A stretch of DNA of 30,624 nucleotides from the sequence record NC_001317.1. The stretch is one strand, 5' to 3'. Below the pieces are notes generated by a model. That model did no database searches and was not told where the DNA came from. It saw only the letters and a list, made by a program, of their open reading frames with translations. A program made the position numbers and the translations under genes. Shown one piece after another: positions 9,218 to 18,890 of this stretch. Origin of the DNA: Escherichia phage 186. Within the stretch, counting starts at the first letter, position 1; every line of letters begins with the position of its first letter.

Positions 9218-9659
9218 ATTAACCGCGCTGCAGGAGCGCCTCGCCGGTCTGATTGCCAGCCTGTCACCGGCGGCACGTCGCAAAATGGCGGCTGAGATTG
9301 CGAAAAAGCTGCGTACCAGTCAGCAGCAGCGCATCAAGCGCCAGCAGGCACCCGACGGCACCCCGTATGCCGCACGAAAGCGCCAGCCGGTACGGAGCAA
9401 GAAAGGCCGCATTAAGCGCGAAATGTTCGCCAAACTGCGCACCAGTCGCTTTATGAAAGCCAAAGGCAGCGATAGTGCGGCGGTGGTGGAGTTTACCGGC
9501 AAGGTGCAGCGCATGGCGCGGGTGCATCAGTACGGCCTCAAAGACCGCCCAAACCGCAACAGCCGGGATGTGCAGTACGAGGCGCGCCCGTTGCTCGGTT
9601 TCACCCGCGACGATGAGCAAATGATTGAAGACGTCATTATCAGCCACCTCGGCAAATAA
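9210..9659 (+). CDS. Tail completion protein (P2 gpS homolog)
   Basis: 149-aa ORF overlapping the gpR stop; conserved position and size. Confidence 0.85.
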   Translation: MSELTALQERLAGLIASLSPAARRKMAAEIAKKLRTSQQQRIKRQQAPDGTPYAARKRQPVRSKKGRIKREMFAKLRTSRFMKAKGSDSAAVVEFTGKVQRMARVHQYGLKDRPNRNSRDVQYEARPLLGFTRDDEQMIEDVIISHLGK

Positions 9660-9728
9660 ATATTGTGTGAACCACCACCGGAGGCGCGTGATTTGGCGCG
9701 GCTAAAGACCAGAGGCATTCTTTGCACT

Positions 9729-10370
9729 ATGAATACGTTATCCACGATACAGGAGCTCGCGCGTGCGATTCGTAACCTCATCCGCTCAGGTGTGGTGACG
9801 GAGGTCGATACCGTGCAGGGGCTGTGCCGCGTACAAAGCGGCGGGATCCAGACGACATGGCTGAACTGGCTGACCACCCGCGCCGGTCGTTCGCGCACAT
9901 GGTGGGCTCCCTCGCTCGGTGAGCAGGTGCTGCTGCTGGCAATCGGTGGCGAGCTTGATACCGCTTTCGTGCTGCCGGGGATTTTCTCCGACGATAACCC
10001 CGCTCCGTCTGCCTCGGCGGATGCGTGGCATGTGGTTTTTCCTGATGGCGCGGTCATTGAGTACGAGCCGGAGACCAGTGCACTGACGGTCAGAGGCATC
10101 AAAACTGCTGACGTGACCGCGTCGGAATCCATCACGGCCACTGTGCCTGTGGTGCTGGTGAAAGCAGAAACCCGCATCACCCTCGACACCCCGGAGGTGG
10201 TATGCACCAACAAACTGACGACGGCAACGCTTGAGGTGCAGAAAGGCGGGGAGATGAGAGGCGACATTGTCCACAACGGCGGCACATTTAAATCAAACGG
10301 TGTGCAGCTCGACGACCACGGTCACGGTGGTGTGCAAAGAGGCGGTGCCTGGACGGAGGACACCAAATGA
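9729..10370 (+). CDS. Baseplate central spike (P2 gpV homolog)
   Basis: Start moved to the ATG at 9729 (MNTLSTIQELARAIRNL...), matching the P2 gpV N-terminus; 213 aa. Confidence 0.9.
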   Translation: MNTLSTIQELARAIRNLIRSGVVTEVDTVQGLCRVQSGGIQTTWLNWLTTRAGRSRTWWAPSLGEQVLLLAIGGELDTAFVLPGIFSDDNPAPSASADAWHVVFPDGAVIEYEPETSALTVRGIKTADVTASESITATVPVVLVKAETRITLDTPEVVCTNKLTTATLEVQKGGEMRGDIVHNGGTFKSNGVQLDDHGHGGVQRGGAWTEDTK

Positions 10371-10714
10371 CGGCGCGCTATATGGGGATGAACCGCAACA
10401 CCGGTCTCGGTATCAGTGACACTGAACACATCAGCCAGAGCATGCGCGACATTCTGCTGACGCCGGTCGGCTCGCGGGTGATGCGTCGTGAATATGGCTC
10501 GCTCCTGTCTGCGCTGATTGATATGCCGCAAAACCCGGCGCTCAGGCTGCAAATCATGGTGGCGTGCTATTCGGCCATCCAGAAGTGGGAGCCGCGTATC
10601 AGGCTTACATCCATCAGCTTTGAGACTGGTGATGCTGGCGAGATGTATGTCGATATTACCGGGATGCGTACCGATACGGGTGCGTCAGTTTCAACCACTG
10701 TTTCACTGAGTTAA
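10367..10714 (+). CDS. Baseplate wedge protein (P2 gpW, gp25-like)
   Basis: 115-aa ORF overlapping the gpV stop; same size as P2 gpW. Confidence 0.88.
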   Translation: MTARYMGMNRNTGLGISDTEHISQSMRDILLTPVGSRVMRREYGSLLSALIDMPQNPALRLQIMVACYSAIQKWEPRIRLTSISFETGDAGEMYVDITGMRTDTGASVSTTVSLS

Positions 10715-10720
10715 ATCACT

Positions 10721-11629
10721 ATGGCAACTGTTGACCTGAGCCTGTTACCCGTTCCCGATGTGGTTGAGGAACTGGATTTTGAAACCATCCTTGCGGAACG
10801 CATTGCGACGCTAATTTCGCTATACCCCGAAGACCAGCAGGAAGCTGTAGCCCGGACGCTCGCACTTGAGTCTGAACCAATTGTTAAATTGCTGCAGGAA
10901 AACGCCTACCGTGAGGTTATCTGGCGTCAGCGTGTTAATGAAGCTGCTCGCGCAGGCATGCTGGCTTATGCCAGAGATAGCGACCTCGATAATCTCGGGG
11001 CGAATTTCAATGTTGAGCGCCTGGTCGTCAGGCCTGCTGATGACACCACCATCCCCCCGACCCCCGCTGAAATGGAGCTTGATGCCGATTTTCGTCTGCG
11101 TATACAGCAGGCATTTGAAGGGATGAGCGTTGCGGGATCCACCGGAGCTTATGAATTTCATGGCCGCAGTGCTGACGGGCGTGTCGCAGATATTTCTGTT
11201 ATCAGCCCTTCCCCAGCATGTGTCACGATATCTGTGCTTTCGCGTGAGAATAACGGTGCGGCGTCTGATGAGCTTCAGAGCATCGTGCGCAATGCGCTGA
11301 ATGCTGAGGACGTGAGGCCGGTTGCTGACCGGGTTACAGTGCAGTCAGCTCAGATTATTGACTACCAGATACGCGCAACACTTTTCGTTTATCCGGGGCC
11401 GGAAAATGAGCCGATTCGTGCGGCGGCTGAGGCGAAGCTCAAAGCTTATATCAGTGCACAGCACAGGTTGGGGCGGGATATTCGCCTGTCAGCAATTTAT
11501 GCCGCGTTGCATGTTGAGGGGGTGCAACGTGTCGAACTGGCTGCACCTGTGGCCGACATTGTGCTTGATAAAACGCAGGCATCTTTTTGCACAGACTATC
11601 AGATAGTGATTGGTGGCTCCGATGAGTGA
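10721..11629 (+). CDS. Baseplate wedge protein (P2 gpJ homolog)
   Basis: 302-aa ORF, same length as P2 gpJ, in conserved order. Confidence 0.88.
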   Translation: MATVDLSLLPVPDVVEELDFETILAERIATLISLYPEDQQEAVARTLALESEPIVKLLQENAYREVIWRQRVNEAARAGMLAYARDSDLDNLGANFNVERLVVRPADDTTIPPTPAEMELDADFRLRIQQAFEGMSVAGSTGAYEFHGRSADGRVADISVISPSPACVTISVLSRENNGAASDELQSIVRNALNAEDVRPVADRVTVQSAQIIDYQIRATLFVYPGPENEPIRAAAEAKLKAYISAQHRLGRDIRLSAIYAALHVEGVQRVELAAPVADIVLDKTQASFCTDYQIVIGGSDE

Positions 11630-12152
11630 TGTCCGCCTGTTACCTGTAGGGTCATCACCTCTTGAGGTGGCTGCTGCCAGAGCCTGCGCAGATATTGAAA
11701 ATACACCTGTTCCGTTACGCCGCCTGTGGAGTCCTGACACCTGTCCTGCAAATCTTTTGCCGTGGCTGGCGTGGGCGTTTTCCGTTGACCGCTGGGATGA
11801 GAACTGGCCGGAAAAAACAAAGCGCGATGTTATTCGCAGCGCGTATTTCACTCACTGCCACAAAGGCACGATAGGCGCTGTCAGGCGAGTTATTGAGCCG
11901 CTCGGATACATAATCAACGTTACGGAATGGTGGGAGACAGGTGACCCGGCGGGAACGTTTCGTCTTGATATCGGTGTGCTGGAAAGCGGTATTACCGAAG
12001 AAATGTATTTAGAAATGGAGCGGTTGATTGCTGATGCGAAACCTGCGAGCCGTCATTTGATTGGCCTGAATATTATCCAGGATATTCCCGGTTATATGTA
12101 TACAGGTGGTGTGAGCTGTGACGGCGACATTATTACAGTTTACCCCGGATAA
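11622..12152 (+). CDS. Baseplate protein (P2 gpI homolog)
   Basis: Start at the ATG at 11622 (MSDVRLLPVGSSPLEVAAARACADIE...) overlapping the gpJ stop; 176 aa with a strong match to P2 gpI. Confidence 0.9.
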   Translation: MSDVRLLPVGSSPLEVAAARACADIENTPVPLRRLWSPDTCPANLLPWLAWAFSVDRWDENWPEKTKRDVIRSAYFTHCHKGTIGAVRRVIEPLGYIINVTEWWETGDPAGTFRLDIGVLESGITEEMYLEMERLIADAKPASRHLIGLNIIQDIPGYMYTGGVSCDGDIITVYPG

Positions 12153-12162
12153 GTGAGGAATA

Positions 12163-13551
12163 ATGAGCACGAAATTTAAAACTATTATCACCACTGCCGG
12201 AGCCGAAAAACTGGCAGCGGCTACTGTGCCGGGTGGTAAAAAAGTGAATATCACCGTGATGGCCGTTGGTGACGGAGGCGGAAAACTGCCAGTGCCGGAC
12301 GCCGGTCAGGTGCAGCTCGTGAATGAGGTCTGGCGCCATGCCCTGAATAAAATCAGCCAGGACAACCGGAACAGCAATTACATTGTAGCCGAGCTGGTTA
12401 TTCCGCCCGAGGTGGGAGGATTCTGGATGCGCGAGTTGGGTCTTTATGATGACGAGGGCACTCTCATTGCTGTTGCCAATATGGCAGAAAGCTACAAGCC
12501 AGAACTTGCCGAGGGCTCAGGCCGTGCGCAGACATGTCGCATGGTCATTATTGTCAGCAGTATTGCCTCAGTTGAATTATCCATTGATTCGACAATGGTA
12601 ATGGCGACGCAGGAATATGTTGATGACAGGATTGCGGAACATGAGAAGTCACGTCGACATCCTGACGCCACACTGAAAGAAAAAGGCTTTACTCAACTCA
12701 GTAGCGCAACAGACAGCGCGTCTGAGGTGCTTGCGGCGACGCCGAAAGCGGTTAAAGCGGCGTATGACCTTGCTAATGCTAAATATACCGCTCAGGACGC
12801 GAGCACAGCGCAAAAAGGCATTGTGAGGCTGAGTAGTGCGGCAGACAGTACCAGTGAAGCTGAGGCCGCAACACCGAAAGCTGTCAAAATTGCGATGGAT
12901 AATGCGAATGCGAGGCTGGCAAAAGACCGGAACGGCGCTGATATTCCGAATCCGCCGTTGTTTGTCCAGAATATCGGTTTAAAACCCACGGTCGATAAAG
13001 CTGCTAATGCCGTTGATAAAAATGGCGACACGATGAACGGAAACCTGACACTCAAGGGTGATTACCGGCTGAGTTTTATTATCCAGAATGAAGACGGTTC
13101 TATTCGTGCTTATATCTTCAAGGACAAAGGTGGCGACGGTATTCGCATCAGTAATGGCGATGACGGCGGCGGTGATTTTGTTTTTGGTAAAAATGGACAG
13201 TTTTACTGCCCGGATATTATGCATGTTGGTAATACGATTGTATGGGGTGACGGAAATATCGAGGGGGCGCGATGGGGCGGTTTGTTGAGCGACTGGTTAA
13301 CTGCTCAACTGGTTGCCCGTGACAATAATATTAACTTGCGAGCACCCTATGAATGGGTTAACCAAAACTTTGTCAACCGTGCACAGCGCGGCGCACAGGC
13401 CAGCATGACTATGGACGGCGGACTTGTAGAGGCTCCATGGGGATGTTTTCTTACGGGGGGGAACGGTAACGAGGGTAATCAGGTTGGAGTGGCTTTATAC
13501 CGTCCATTGCAGATTCTTCGCAATAATACTTGGGTAACGATAGAGAACTGA
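12163..13551 (+). CDS. Tail fiber protein (P2 gpH-like N-terminus; divergent C-terminal receptor-binding region)
   Basis: 462 aa. The N-terminal ~150 aa are the conserved baseplate-attachment domain (MSTKFKTIITTAGAEKLAAATVPGGKK...). An internal tandem duplication follows (SSATDSASEVLAATPKAVKAAYDLANAKY / SSAADSTSEAEAATPKAVKIAMDNANARL), then a Gly-rich, AT-richer C-terminus. SD GAGGA upstream. Confidence 0.9.
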   Translation: MSTKFKTIITTAGAEKLAAATVPGGKKVNITVMAVGDGGGKLPVPDAGQVQLVNEVWRHALNKISQDNRNSNYIVAELVIPPEVGGFWMRELGLYDDEGTLIAVANMAESYKPELAEGSGRAQTCRMVIIVSSIASVELSIDSTMVMATQEYVDDRIAEHEKSRRHPDATLKEKGFTQLSSATDSASEVLAATPKAVKAAYDLANAKYTAQDASTAQKGIVRLSSAADSTSEAEAATPKAVKIAMDNANARLAKDRNGADIPNPPLFVQNIGLKPTVDKAANAVDKNGDTMNGNLTLKGDYRLSFIIQNEDGSIRAYIFKDKGGDGIRISNGDDGGGDFVFGKNGQFYCPDIMHVGNTIVWGDGNIEGARWGGLLSDWLTAQLVARDNNINLRAPYEWVNQNFVNRAQRGAQASMTMDGGLVEAPWGCFLTGGNGNEGNQVGVALYRPLQILRNNTWVTIEN

Positions 13552-13553
13552 AA

Positions 13554-14054
13554 ATGAAACTGATTAATTTGCAACGCTACATTCTGATGAATTATTTTTT
13601 AGGTGATGGCATTCAGTATTTTATAGATGCCACAGGTAAGGACTGGTATAAATCACTGCCCAAATTCACAAAGAAATACAGCCTTGCTATCGAAAATGAT
13701 ACGGGCGTTATTCGTAGTATCAGCGAAGATGCATCCCGGCTTTATCCCGGTGGTTTGACCGTTGTTGATGTTGACAGTATTCCGGCAGGTTGTGACATTT
13801 TCGGCGGATGGGTATTTGACGGAGAGAAAGTCATTCCTCGTGAGTACACATTGGCCGAACAGCAACGCCAGTCAGATGAAAAGAAAAAAACACTTCTTGC
13901 TGAGGCGGAGGCAACAATTTCCACGCTTGAGCGTGCGGTAAGGTTAGGCATGGCTACCGGGGAAGAAATAAGGCGACTCGAAGCATGGGAGCGTTACAGC
14001 GTATTGGTGAGCAGGGTTAAGCAGTCAGATGACTGGCCGCAAAAACCTGAATAA
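13554..14054 (+). CDS. Tail fiber assembly chaperone (P2 gpG/Tfa-like)
   Basis: ATG at 13554, 2 nt after the tail fiber stop; 166 aa; immediately downstream of the fiber gene with the typical Tfa arrangement. Confidence 0.8.
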   Translation: MKLINLQRYILMNYFLGDGIQYFIDATGKDWYKSLPKFTKKYSLAIENDTGVIRSISEDASRLYPGGLTVVDVDSIPAGCDIFGGWVFDGEKVIPREYTLAEQQRQSDEKKKTLLAEAEATISTLERAVRLGMATGEEIRRLEAWERYSVLVSRVKQSDDWPQKPE

Positions 14055-14182
14055 CCCGGCGGCATTTGCCCGCTTCTTTCTCATCCATTAGTTGTGCCAG
14101 ACATCATCCAGCCCTGACAAATAGCCCCTCACAAGACCAGCCAGGACAATAACACTCGCCCACTAACTACGGAGTTAACCGG

Positions 14183-15361
14183 ATGAGTGATTTTCACCAC
14201 GGCACGAAGGTCATCGAAATAAATGACGGTACGCGTGTTATTTCCACGGTCGCAACCGCAATCGTCGGCATGGTCTGGACAGCCAGCGATGCGGATGCCG
14301 AGACATTTCCCCTCAACGAGCCGGTACTGATTACCAATGTGCAGAGCGCCATTGCGAAAGCCGGTAAAAAAGGCACTCTGTCAGCTTCCCTGCAGGCCAT
14401 CGCCGACCAGTCAAAGCCTGTCACCGTTGTCGTGCGCGTTGCCGAAGGTACCGGAGACGATGCAGAAGCGCAGACCACGTCCAACATTATCGGCGGCACG
14501 GATGAGAACGGTAAATACACCGGTATCAAGGCGCTGCTAACTGCCGAAGCGGTCACCGGCGTTAAGCCGCGCATTCTCGGTGTGCCGGGTCTCGATACGC
14601 AGGAAGTCGCAACCGCACTTGCATCGGTCTGTATCAGCCTGCGTGCGTTTGGTTACGTCAGCGCATGGGGCTGTAAGACCATTTCCGAGGCGATGGCATA
14701 TCGCGAGAATTTCAGCCAGCGCGAGCTGATGGTCATCTGGCCTGATTTCCTCGCATGGGATACCACCGCGAACGCCACCGCCACGGCATACGCCACCGCC
14801 CGCGCACTCGGTCTGCGTGCCTACATCGACCAGACTATCGGCTGGCACAAAACGCTGTCTAACGTTGGCGTGCAGGGCGTTACCGGCATCAGCGCCTCAG
14901 TCTTTTGGGATTTGCAGGCATCCGGCACAGATGCTGACCTGCTCAACGAGGCCGGAGTCACCACGCTGGTGCGCAAGGATGGTTTCCGTTTTTGGGGGAA
15001 CCGCACATGCTCTGATGACCCGCTTTTCCTGTTTGAGAACTACACCCGAACCGCGCAGGTGCTGGCCGACACAATGGCTGAGGCGCACATGTGGGCGGTC
15101 GATAAGCCCATCACCGCATCGCTCATCCGTGACATTGTCGACGGCATTAACGCCAAATTCCGCGAGCTGAAATCAAATGGCTACATCGTGGACGGTGAAT
15201 GCTGGTTCGACGAGGAATCGAACGATAAGGAAACCCTCAAGGCCGGGAAACTGTATATCGACTACGACTATACACCGGTTCCCCCACTGGAAAGCCTGAC
15301 CCTGCGCCAGCGTATCACCGATAAATATCTGGTGAATCTGGCTGAATCGGTCAACAGCTAA
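14183..15361 (+). CDS. Tail sheath protein (P2 gpFI homolog)
   Basis: 392-aa ORF, SD ACGGAG upstream, in conserved position before the tube gene. Confidence 0.92.
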   Translation: MSDFHHGTKVIEINDGTRVISTVATAIVGMVWTASDADAETFPLNEPVLITNVQSAIAKAGKKGTLSASLQAIADQSKPVTVVVRVAEGTGDDAEAQTTSNIIGGTDENGKYTGIKALLTAEAVTGVKPRILGVPGLDTQEVATALASVCISLRAFGYVSAWGCKTISEAMAYRENFSQRELMVIWPDFLAWDTTANATATAYATARALGLRAYIDQTIGWHKTLSNVGVQGVTGISASVFWDLQASGTDADLLNEAGVTTLVRKDGFRFWGNRTCSDDPLFLFENYTRTAQVLADTMAEAHMWAVDKPITASLIRDIVDGINAKFRELKSNGYIVDGECWFDEESNDKETLKAGKLYIDYDYTPVPPLESLTLRQRITDKYLVNLAESVNS

Positions 15362-15376
15362 GGAGCCTGAAACAAC

Positions 15377-15898
15377 ATGGCACTACCCCGCAAACTTAAA
15401 TATCTGAACATGTTCAATGACGGCCTTAGCTACATGGGCGTTGTTGAATCCGTGACGCTGCCGAAGCTGACCCGCAAGCTCGAAAACTATCGCGGCGGCG
15501 GTATGAATGGCGCTGCAGCGATTGACCTCGGCCTCGACGATGATGCGCTTACTGTCGAATGGTCTGTCGGTGGCCTGCCTGATGTGGCGCTGTGGGCGCA
15601 GTATGCCGCGCCGGGGGCTGATGCCGTGCCGCTGCGTTTTGCTGGCTCTTACCAGCGTGACGACACTGGCGAAATCGTTGCGGTCGAGGTGGTCATGCGT
15701 GGCCGTCATAAAGAAATCGACGGCGGCGAAAATAAGCAGGGTGAAAATACCTCGACCAAACTGTCGACCGTTTGCACCTATTACCGCCTCACGATTGATG
15801 GTAGCGACATTATCGAAATCGACACCGTCAACATGGTCGAGAAGGTGAACGGCGTCGACCGTCTGGAACAGCACCGCCGCGCAATCGGGCTGCTGTAA
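15377..15898 (+). CDS. Tail tube protein (P2 gpFII homolog)
   Basis: 173-aa ORF with a strong SD (TAAGGAG); size and position as P2 gpFII. Confidence 0.92.
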   Translation: MALPRKLKYLNMFNDGLSYMGVVESVTLPKLTRKLENYRGGGMNGAAAIDLGLDDDALTVEWSVGGLPDVALWAQYAAPGADAVPLRFAGSYQRDDTGEIVAVEVVMRGRHKEIDGGENKQGENTSTKLSTVCTYYRLTIDGSDIIEIDTVNMVEKVNGVDRLEQHRRAIGLL

Positions 15899-15906
15899 TT
15901 CCCTGA

Positions 15907-15927
15907 CCGGTCAGCACTGCTGGCCGG
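15907..15927 (+). terminator. Stem-loop after the tube gene (possible attenuator or partial terminator)
   Basis: CCGGTCAGC-ACT-GCTGGCCGG hairpin (9-bp stem, one G:U) followed by UUAUUA. Confidence 0.35.
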
Positions 15928-15959
15928 TTATTACCCCCATTCAGAGCAGAGAAAAAATC

Positions 15960-16295
15960 ATGGCAAAAGCACCACGCAAAACCCCTGAATTTATTGATAC
16001 GGCTGGCAATGAAATTGACACCGTAAACCCGAATGTCGTGACCCTCGACAAGCCGATTAAACGCGCCGGTCAGACAATTGAAAAGGTCACGCTGATTGAA
16101 CCGAACGCAGGCACCCTGCGCGGCGTCAGTCTGGCGGCGGTGGCGCAGTCCGAGGTCGATGCGCTGATTAAGGTGCTGCCCCGCATGACCTACCCGGCAC
16201 TCACCACGCAGGAGCTCACCGCAATGAACCTGCCCGATATGCTGTCGCTGGCCGCTAAGGTGATTGGTTTTTTGTCACCGGCTTCGGCGGAATAG
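15960..16295 (+). CDS. Tail assembly chaperone E (P2 gpE homolog)
   Basis: 111-aa ORF ending ...KVIGFLSPASAE; contains the slippery run T TTT TTG at 16268..16274 near its 3' end. Confidence 0.85.
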   Translation: MAKAPRKTPEFIDTAGNEIDTVNPNVVTLDKPIKRAGQTIEKVTLIEPNAGTLRGVSLAAVAQSEVDALIKVLPRMTYPALTTQELTAMNLPDMLSLAAKVIGFLSPASAE

Positions 16296-16447
16296 ACTTC
16301 CCGCCCGGCCTGTCGACCGATGACCTGATGGCGGATATCGCAGTGATATTCCACTGGCCGCCATCAGAGCTCTATTCCCTGAGCCTGACCGAGCTCATCA
16401 CATGGCGCGAAAAGGCGCTGCAGCGTAGCGGAAACCACAATGAGTAA
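15960..16447 (+). CDS. Tail assembly chaperone E+E' fusion made by programmed -1 frameshift at TTTTTTG (about 16268..16274)
   Basis: After a -1 slip the reading frame continues as ...FVTGFGGIDFPPGLSTDDLMADIAVIFHWPPSELYSLSLTELITWREKALQRSGNHNE, ending at TAA 16445..16447 overlapping the tape-measure start. This matches the conserved P2 E/E' arrangement upstream of the tape measure gene. Confidence 0.8.
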
Positions 16448-18878
16448 TAACCTGAGGCTTGAGGTATTGCTGAAAGCGGTCGACCAGGCGACCCGACCGC
16501 TTAAATCCATCCAGACCGCGAGTAAAAGCCTGTCGGGCGATATTCGCGACACACAAAAAGGGCTGCGTGACCTGAATGGTCAGGCGTCGAAAATCGACGG
16601 CTTTCGTAAGGCAAGCGCGCAACTGGCCGTAACCAGTCAGGCGCTTGATAAGGCGAAACGCGAGGCCGGTGAGCTGGCCGTGCAGTTTAAAAACACCACC
16701 AATCCGACCCGCGCGCAGGCGCAGGCACTTGAAGCGGCAAGGCGTGCCGCCTCTGAGTTGCAGACGAAATACAACAGCCTGAGAACGTCGGTACAGCGCC
16801 AGCGCTCCGAGCTGATGCAGGCCGGTATTAATACCCGCACTCTCTCTGCAGATGAGCGTCGGCTCAAAACCTCCATCAGCGAAACAACTGCGCACGTTAA
16901 TCGACAACGTGAGGCACTGGCGCGCGTCAGTGCGCAGCAGGCGAAATTAAGCCGGGTGAAAGAGCGATATAAATCAGGCAAGGAGCTTGCCGGTAACATG
17001 GCCGCAGCAGGCGCTGCGGGGTCGGTATCGCGACACGGAACGATGGCCGGGGTTAAATTACTGATGCCCGGTTATGACTTTACGCAGAAAAATTCCGAGC
17101 TGCAGGCTGTGCTCGGGGTCGATAAGCAGTCGCCAGAAATGCAGGCGTTACGCAAACAGGCGCGCCACGTCGGCGACAATACTGCAGCCTCTGCAGATGA
17201 TGCAGCAAGCGCGCAAATCATCATTGCGAAAAGCGGCGGTGATGCAGCTGCCATTCAGGCGCGACGCCGAGTCACGCTGAATATGGCGCTGTCAAACCGG
17301 CGCACGATGGAGGAAAACGCAGCGCTGCTGACCGGGATGAAATCAGCGTTTCAGCTTTCAAACGACAAGATTGCGCACATTGGCGACGTTCTCTCGATGA
17401 CGATGAACAAAACCGCCGCCGATTTTGACGGACTGAGCGACGCGCTGACCTATGCCGCACCGGTGGCAAAAAATGCCGGGGTGAGCATCGAGCAAACCGC
17501 CGCAATGGTCGGTGCACTGCACGATGCCAAAATCACCGGGTCAATGGCGGGCACGGGTAGCCGCGCCATTCTCAGCCGCCTGCAGCTCCCACCGGAAAAA
17601 GCGTTTGAGGCCATTAAGGAGCTCGGCGTCAAAACGTCAGACAGCAAGGGGAACACGCGCCCGATATTCTCCATCCTGAAAGAAATGCAGCGCAGCTTTG
17701 AGAAAAACAACCTCGGGACAAGCCAGCGCGGCGAGTATATGAAAACCATTTTCGGCGAGGAGGCCAGCTCGGCGGCGGCGGTACTGATGGAAGCCGCCTC
17801 AAGCGGCAAACTTGACCGGCTCACCGCTGCGTTTAAAGCCTCGGACGGTAAAACCGAGGAACTGGTTAAGGTTATGCAGGATAACCTCGGCGGCGACTTT
17901 AAAGAGTTCCAGTCTGCTTATGAGGCAGTCGGTACTGACCTTTTTGACCAGCAAGAGGGCTCGCTGCGTAAACTCACCCAAACCGCCACGCAATACGTGT
18001 TAAAGCTCGACGGCTGGATCCAGAAGAACAAAGGGCTGGCGACAACCATTGGCATCATCGCCGGTGGCGCTCTAGCTCTGATTGGTATCATCGGCGGTAT
18101 TGGCCTCGTTGCGTGGCCGGTTGTTATGGGGATTAACGCCATTATCGCTGCTGCTGGCGTGCTGGGTACGGTCTTTACTGTTACCGGTAGTGCCATTGTG
18201 ACCGCACTTGGCGCGATTACCTGGCCGATTGTCGCAGTGGGGGCGGCTATTGTGGCTGGTGCGTTACTCATCCGTAAATATTGGGAGCCCATCAGCGCAT
18301 TTTTCTCGGGGGTGATTGAGGGCATCATGAGTGCCTTTGCACCGGTCGCAGAAATGTTCGCTCCACTGGCACCCATTTTTGACGGTCTCGGTGAGAAACT
18401 GCGCGGCGTCTGGCAGTGGTTTAAAGACCTGATAGCACCGGTCAAAGCCACGCAGGAAACGCTCGATAGCTGCAAAAATGTCGGCGTCATATTTGGTCAG
18501 GCGCTGGCCTCTGCTTTGATGCGTCCGCTCAATGTATTTAACAAGTTGCGCAGCGGTGTCGACTGGCTTCTCGAAAAGCTCGGTATCATCAACAAAGAGT
18601 CAGACAACCTCGACCAGACTGCCGCCAAAACCAACGCCGCCACGCAGGGTAATTCCTACATCCCGGCAACCAGCACATATGGCGGCTATCAAGCTTACCA
18701 GCCAGTTACCGCACCGGCGGGACGCTCTTACATTGACCAGAGTAAAAGCGAATACAAAATCACTCTGCCGGGAGGTGCTGCGCCGGGGCATCAGCTTGAC
18801 AGACAGCTACGCGACACGCTCGAACAGATTGAGCGCGAAAAGCGTGCGCGTCAGCGTGCCAGTATGAGCCATGACTGA
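16440..18878 (+). CDS. Tail tape measure protein (P2 gpT homolog)
   Basis: 812-aa ORF with an Ala-rich coiled-coil N-terminal half and hydrophobic Gly/Ala/Ile-rich segments (LATTIGIIAGGALALIGIIGGIGLVAWPVVMGINAIIAAAG); follows E/E'. Confidence 0.93.
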   Translation: MSNNLRLEVLLKAVDQATRPLKSIQTASKSLSGDIRDTQKGLRDLNGQASKIDGFRKASAQLAVTSQALDKAKREAGELAVQFKNTTNPTRAQAQALEAARRAASELQTKYNSLRTSVQRQRSELMQAGINTRTLSADERRLKTSISETTAHVNRQREALARVSAQQAKLSRVKERYKSGKELAGNMAAAGAAGSVSRHGTMAGVKLLMPGYDFTQKNSELQAVLGVDKQSPEMQALRKQARHVGDNTAASADDAASAQIIIAKSGGDAAAIQARRRVTLNMALSNRRTMEENAALLTGMKSAFQLSNDKIAHIGDVLSMTMNKTAADFDGLSDALTYAAPVAKNAGVSIEQTAAMVGALHDAKITGSMAGTGSRAILSRLQLPPEKAFEAIKELGVKTSDSKGNTRPIFSILKEMQRSFEKNNLGTSQRGEYMKTIFGEEASSAAAVLMEAASSGKLDRLTAAFKASDGKTEELVKVMQDNLGGDFKEFQSAYEAVGTDLFDQQEGSLRKLTQTATQYVLKLDGWIQKNKGLATTIGIIAGGALALIGIIGGIGLVAWPVVMGINAIIAAAGVLGTVFTVTGSAIVTALGAITWPIVAVGAAIVAGALLIRKYWEPISAFFSGVIEGIMSAFAPVAEMFAPLAPIFDGLGEKLRGVWQWFKDLIAPVKATQETLDSCKNVGVIFGQALASALMRPLNVFNKLRSGVDWLLEKLGIINKESDNLDQTAAKTNAATQGNSYIPATSTYGGYQAYQPVTAPAGRSYIDQSKSEYKITLPGGAAPGHQLDRQLRDTLEQIEREKRARQRASMSHD

Positions 18879-18890
18879 GAGGAATAAACG

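Noticed and set aside
16398-16907. 169-aa minus-strand ORF antisense to the tape measure gene, plus many other 60-250-aa antisense or out-of-frame ORFs across 196..20542
   Set aside because: They overlap conserved structural genes on the opposite strand or in another frame, have Arg/Ala/Pro-rich low-complexity translations typical of GC-rich non-coding frames, and lack ribosome-binding sites.
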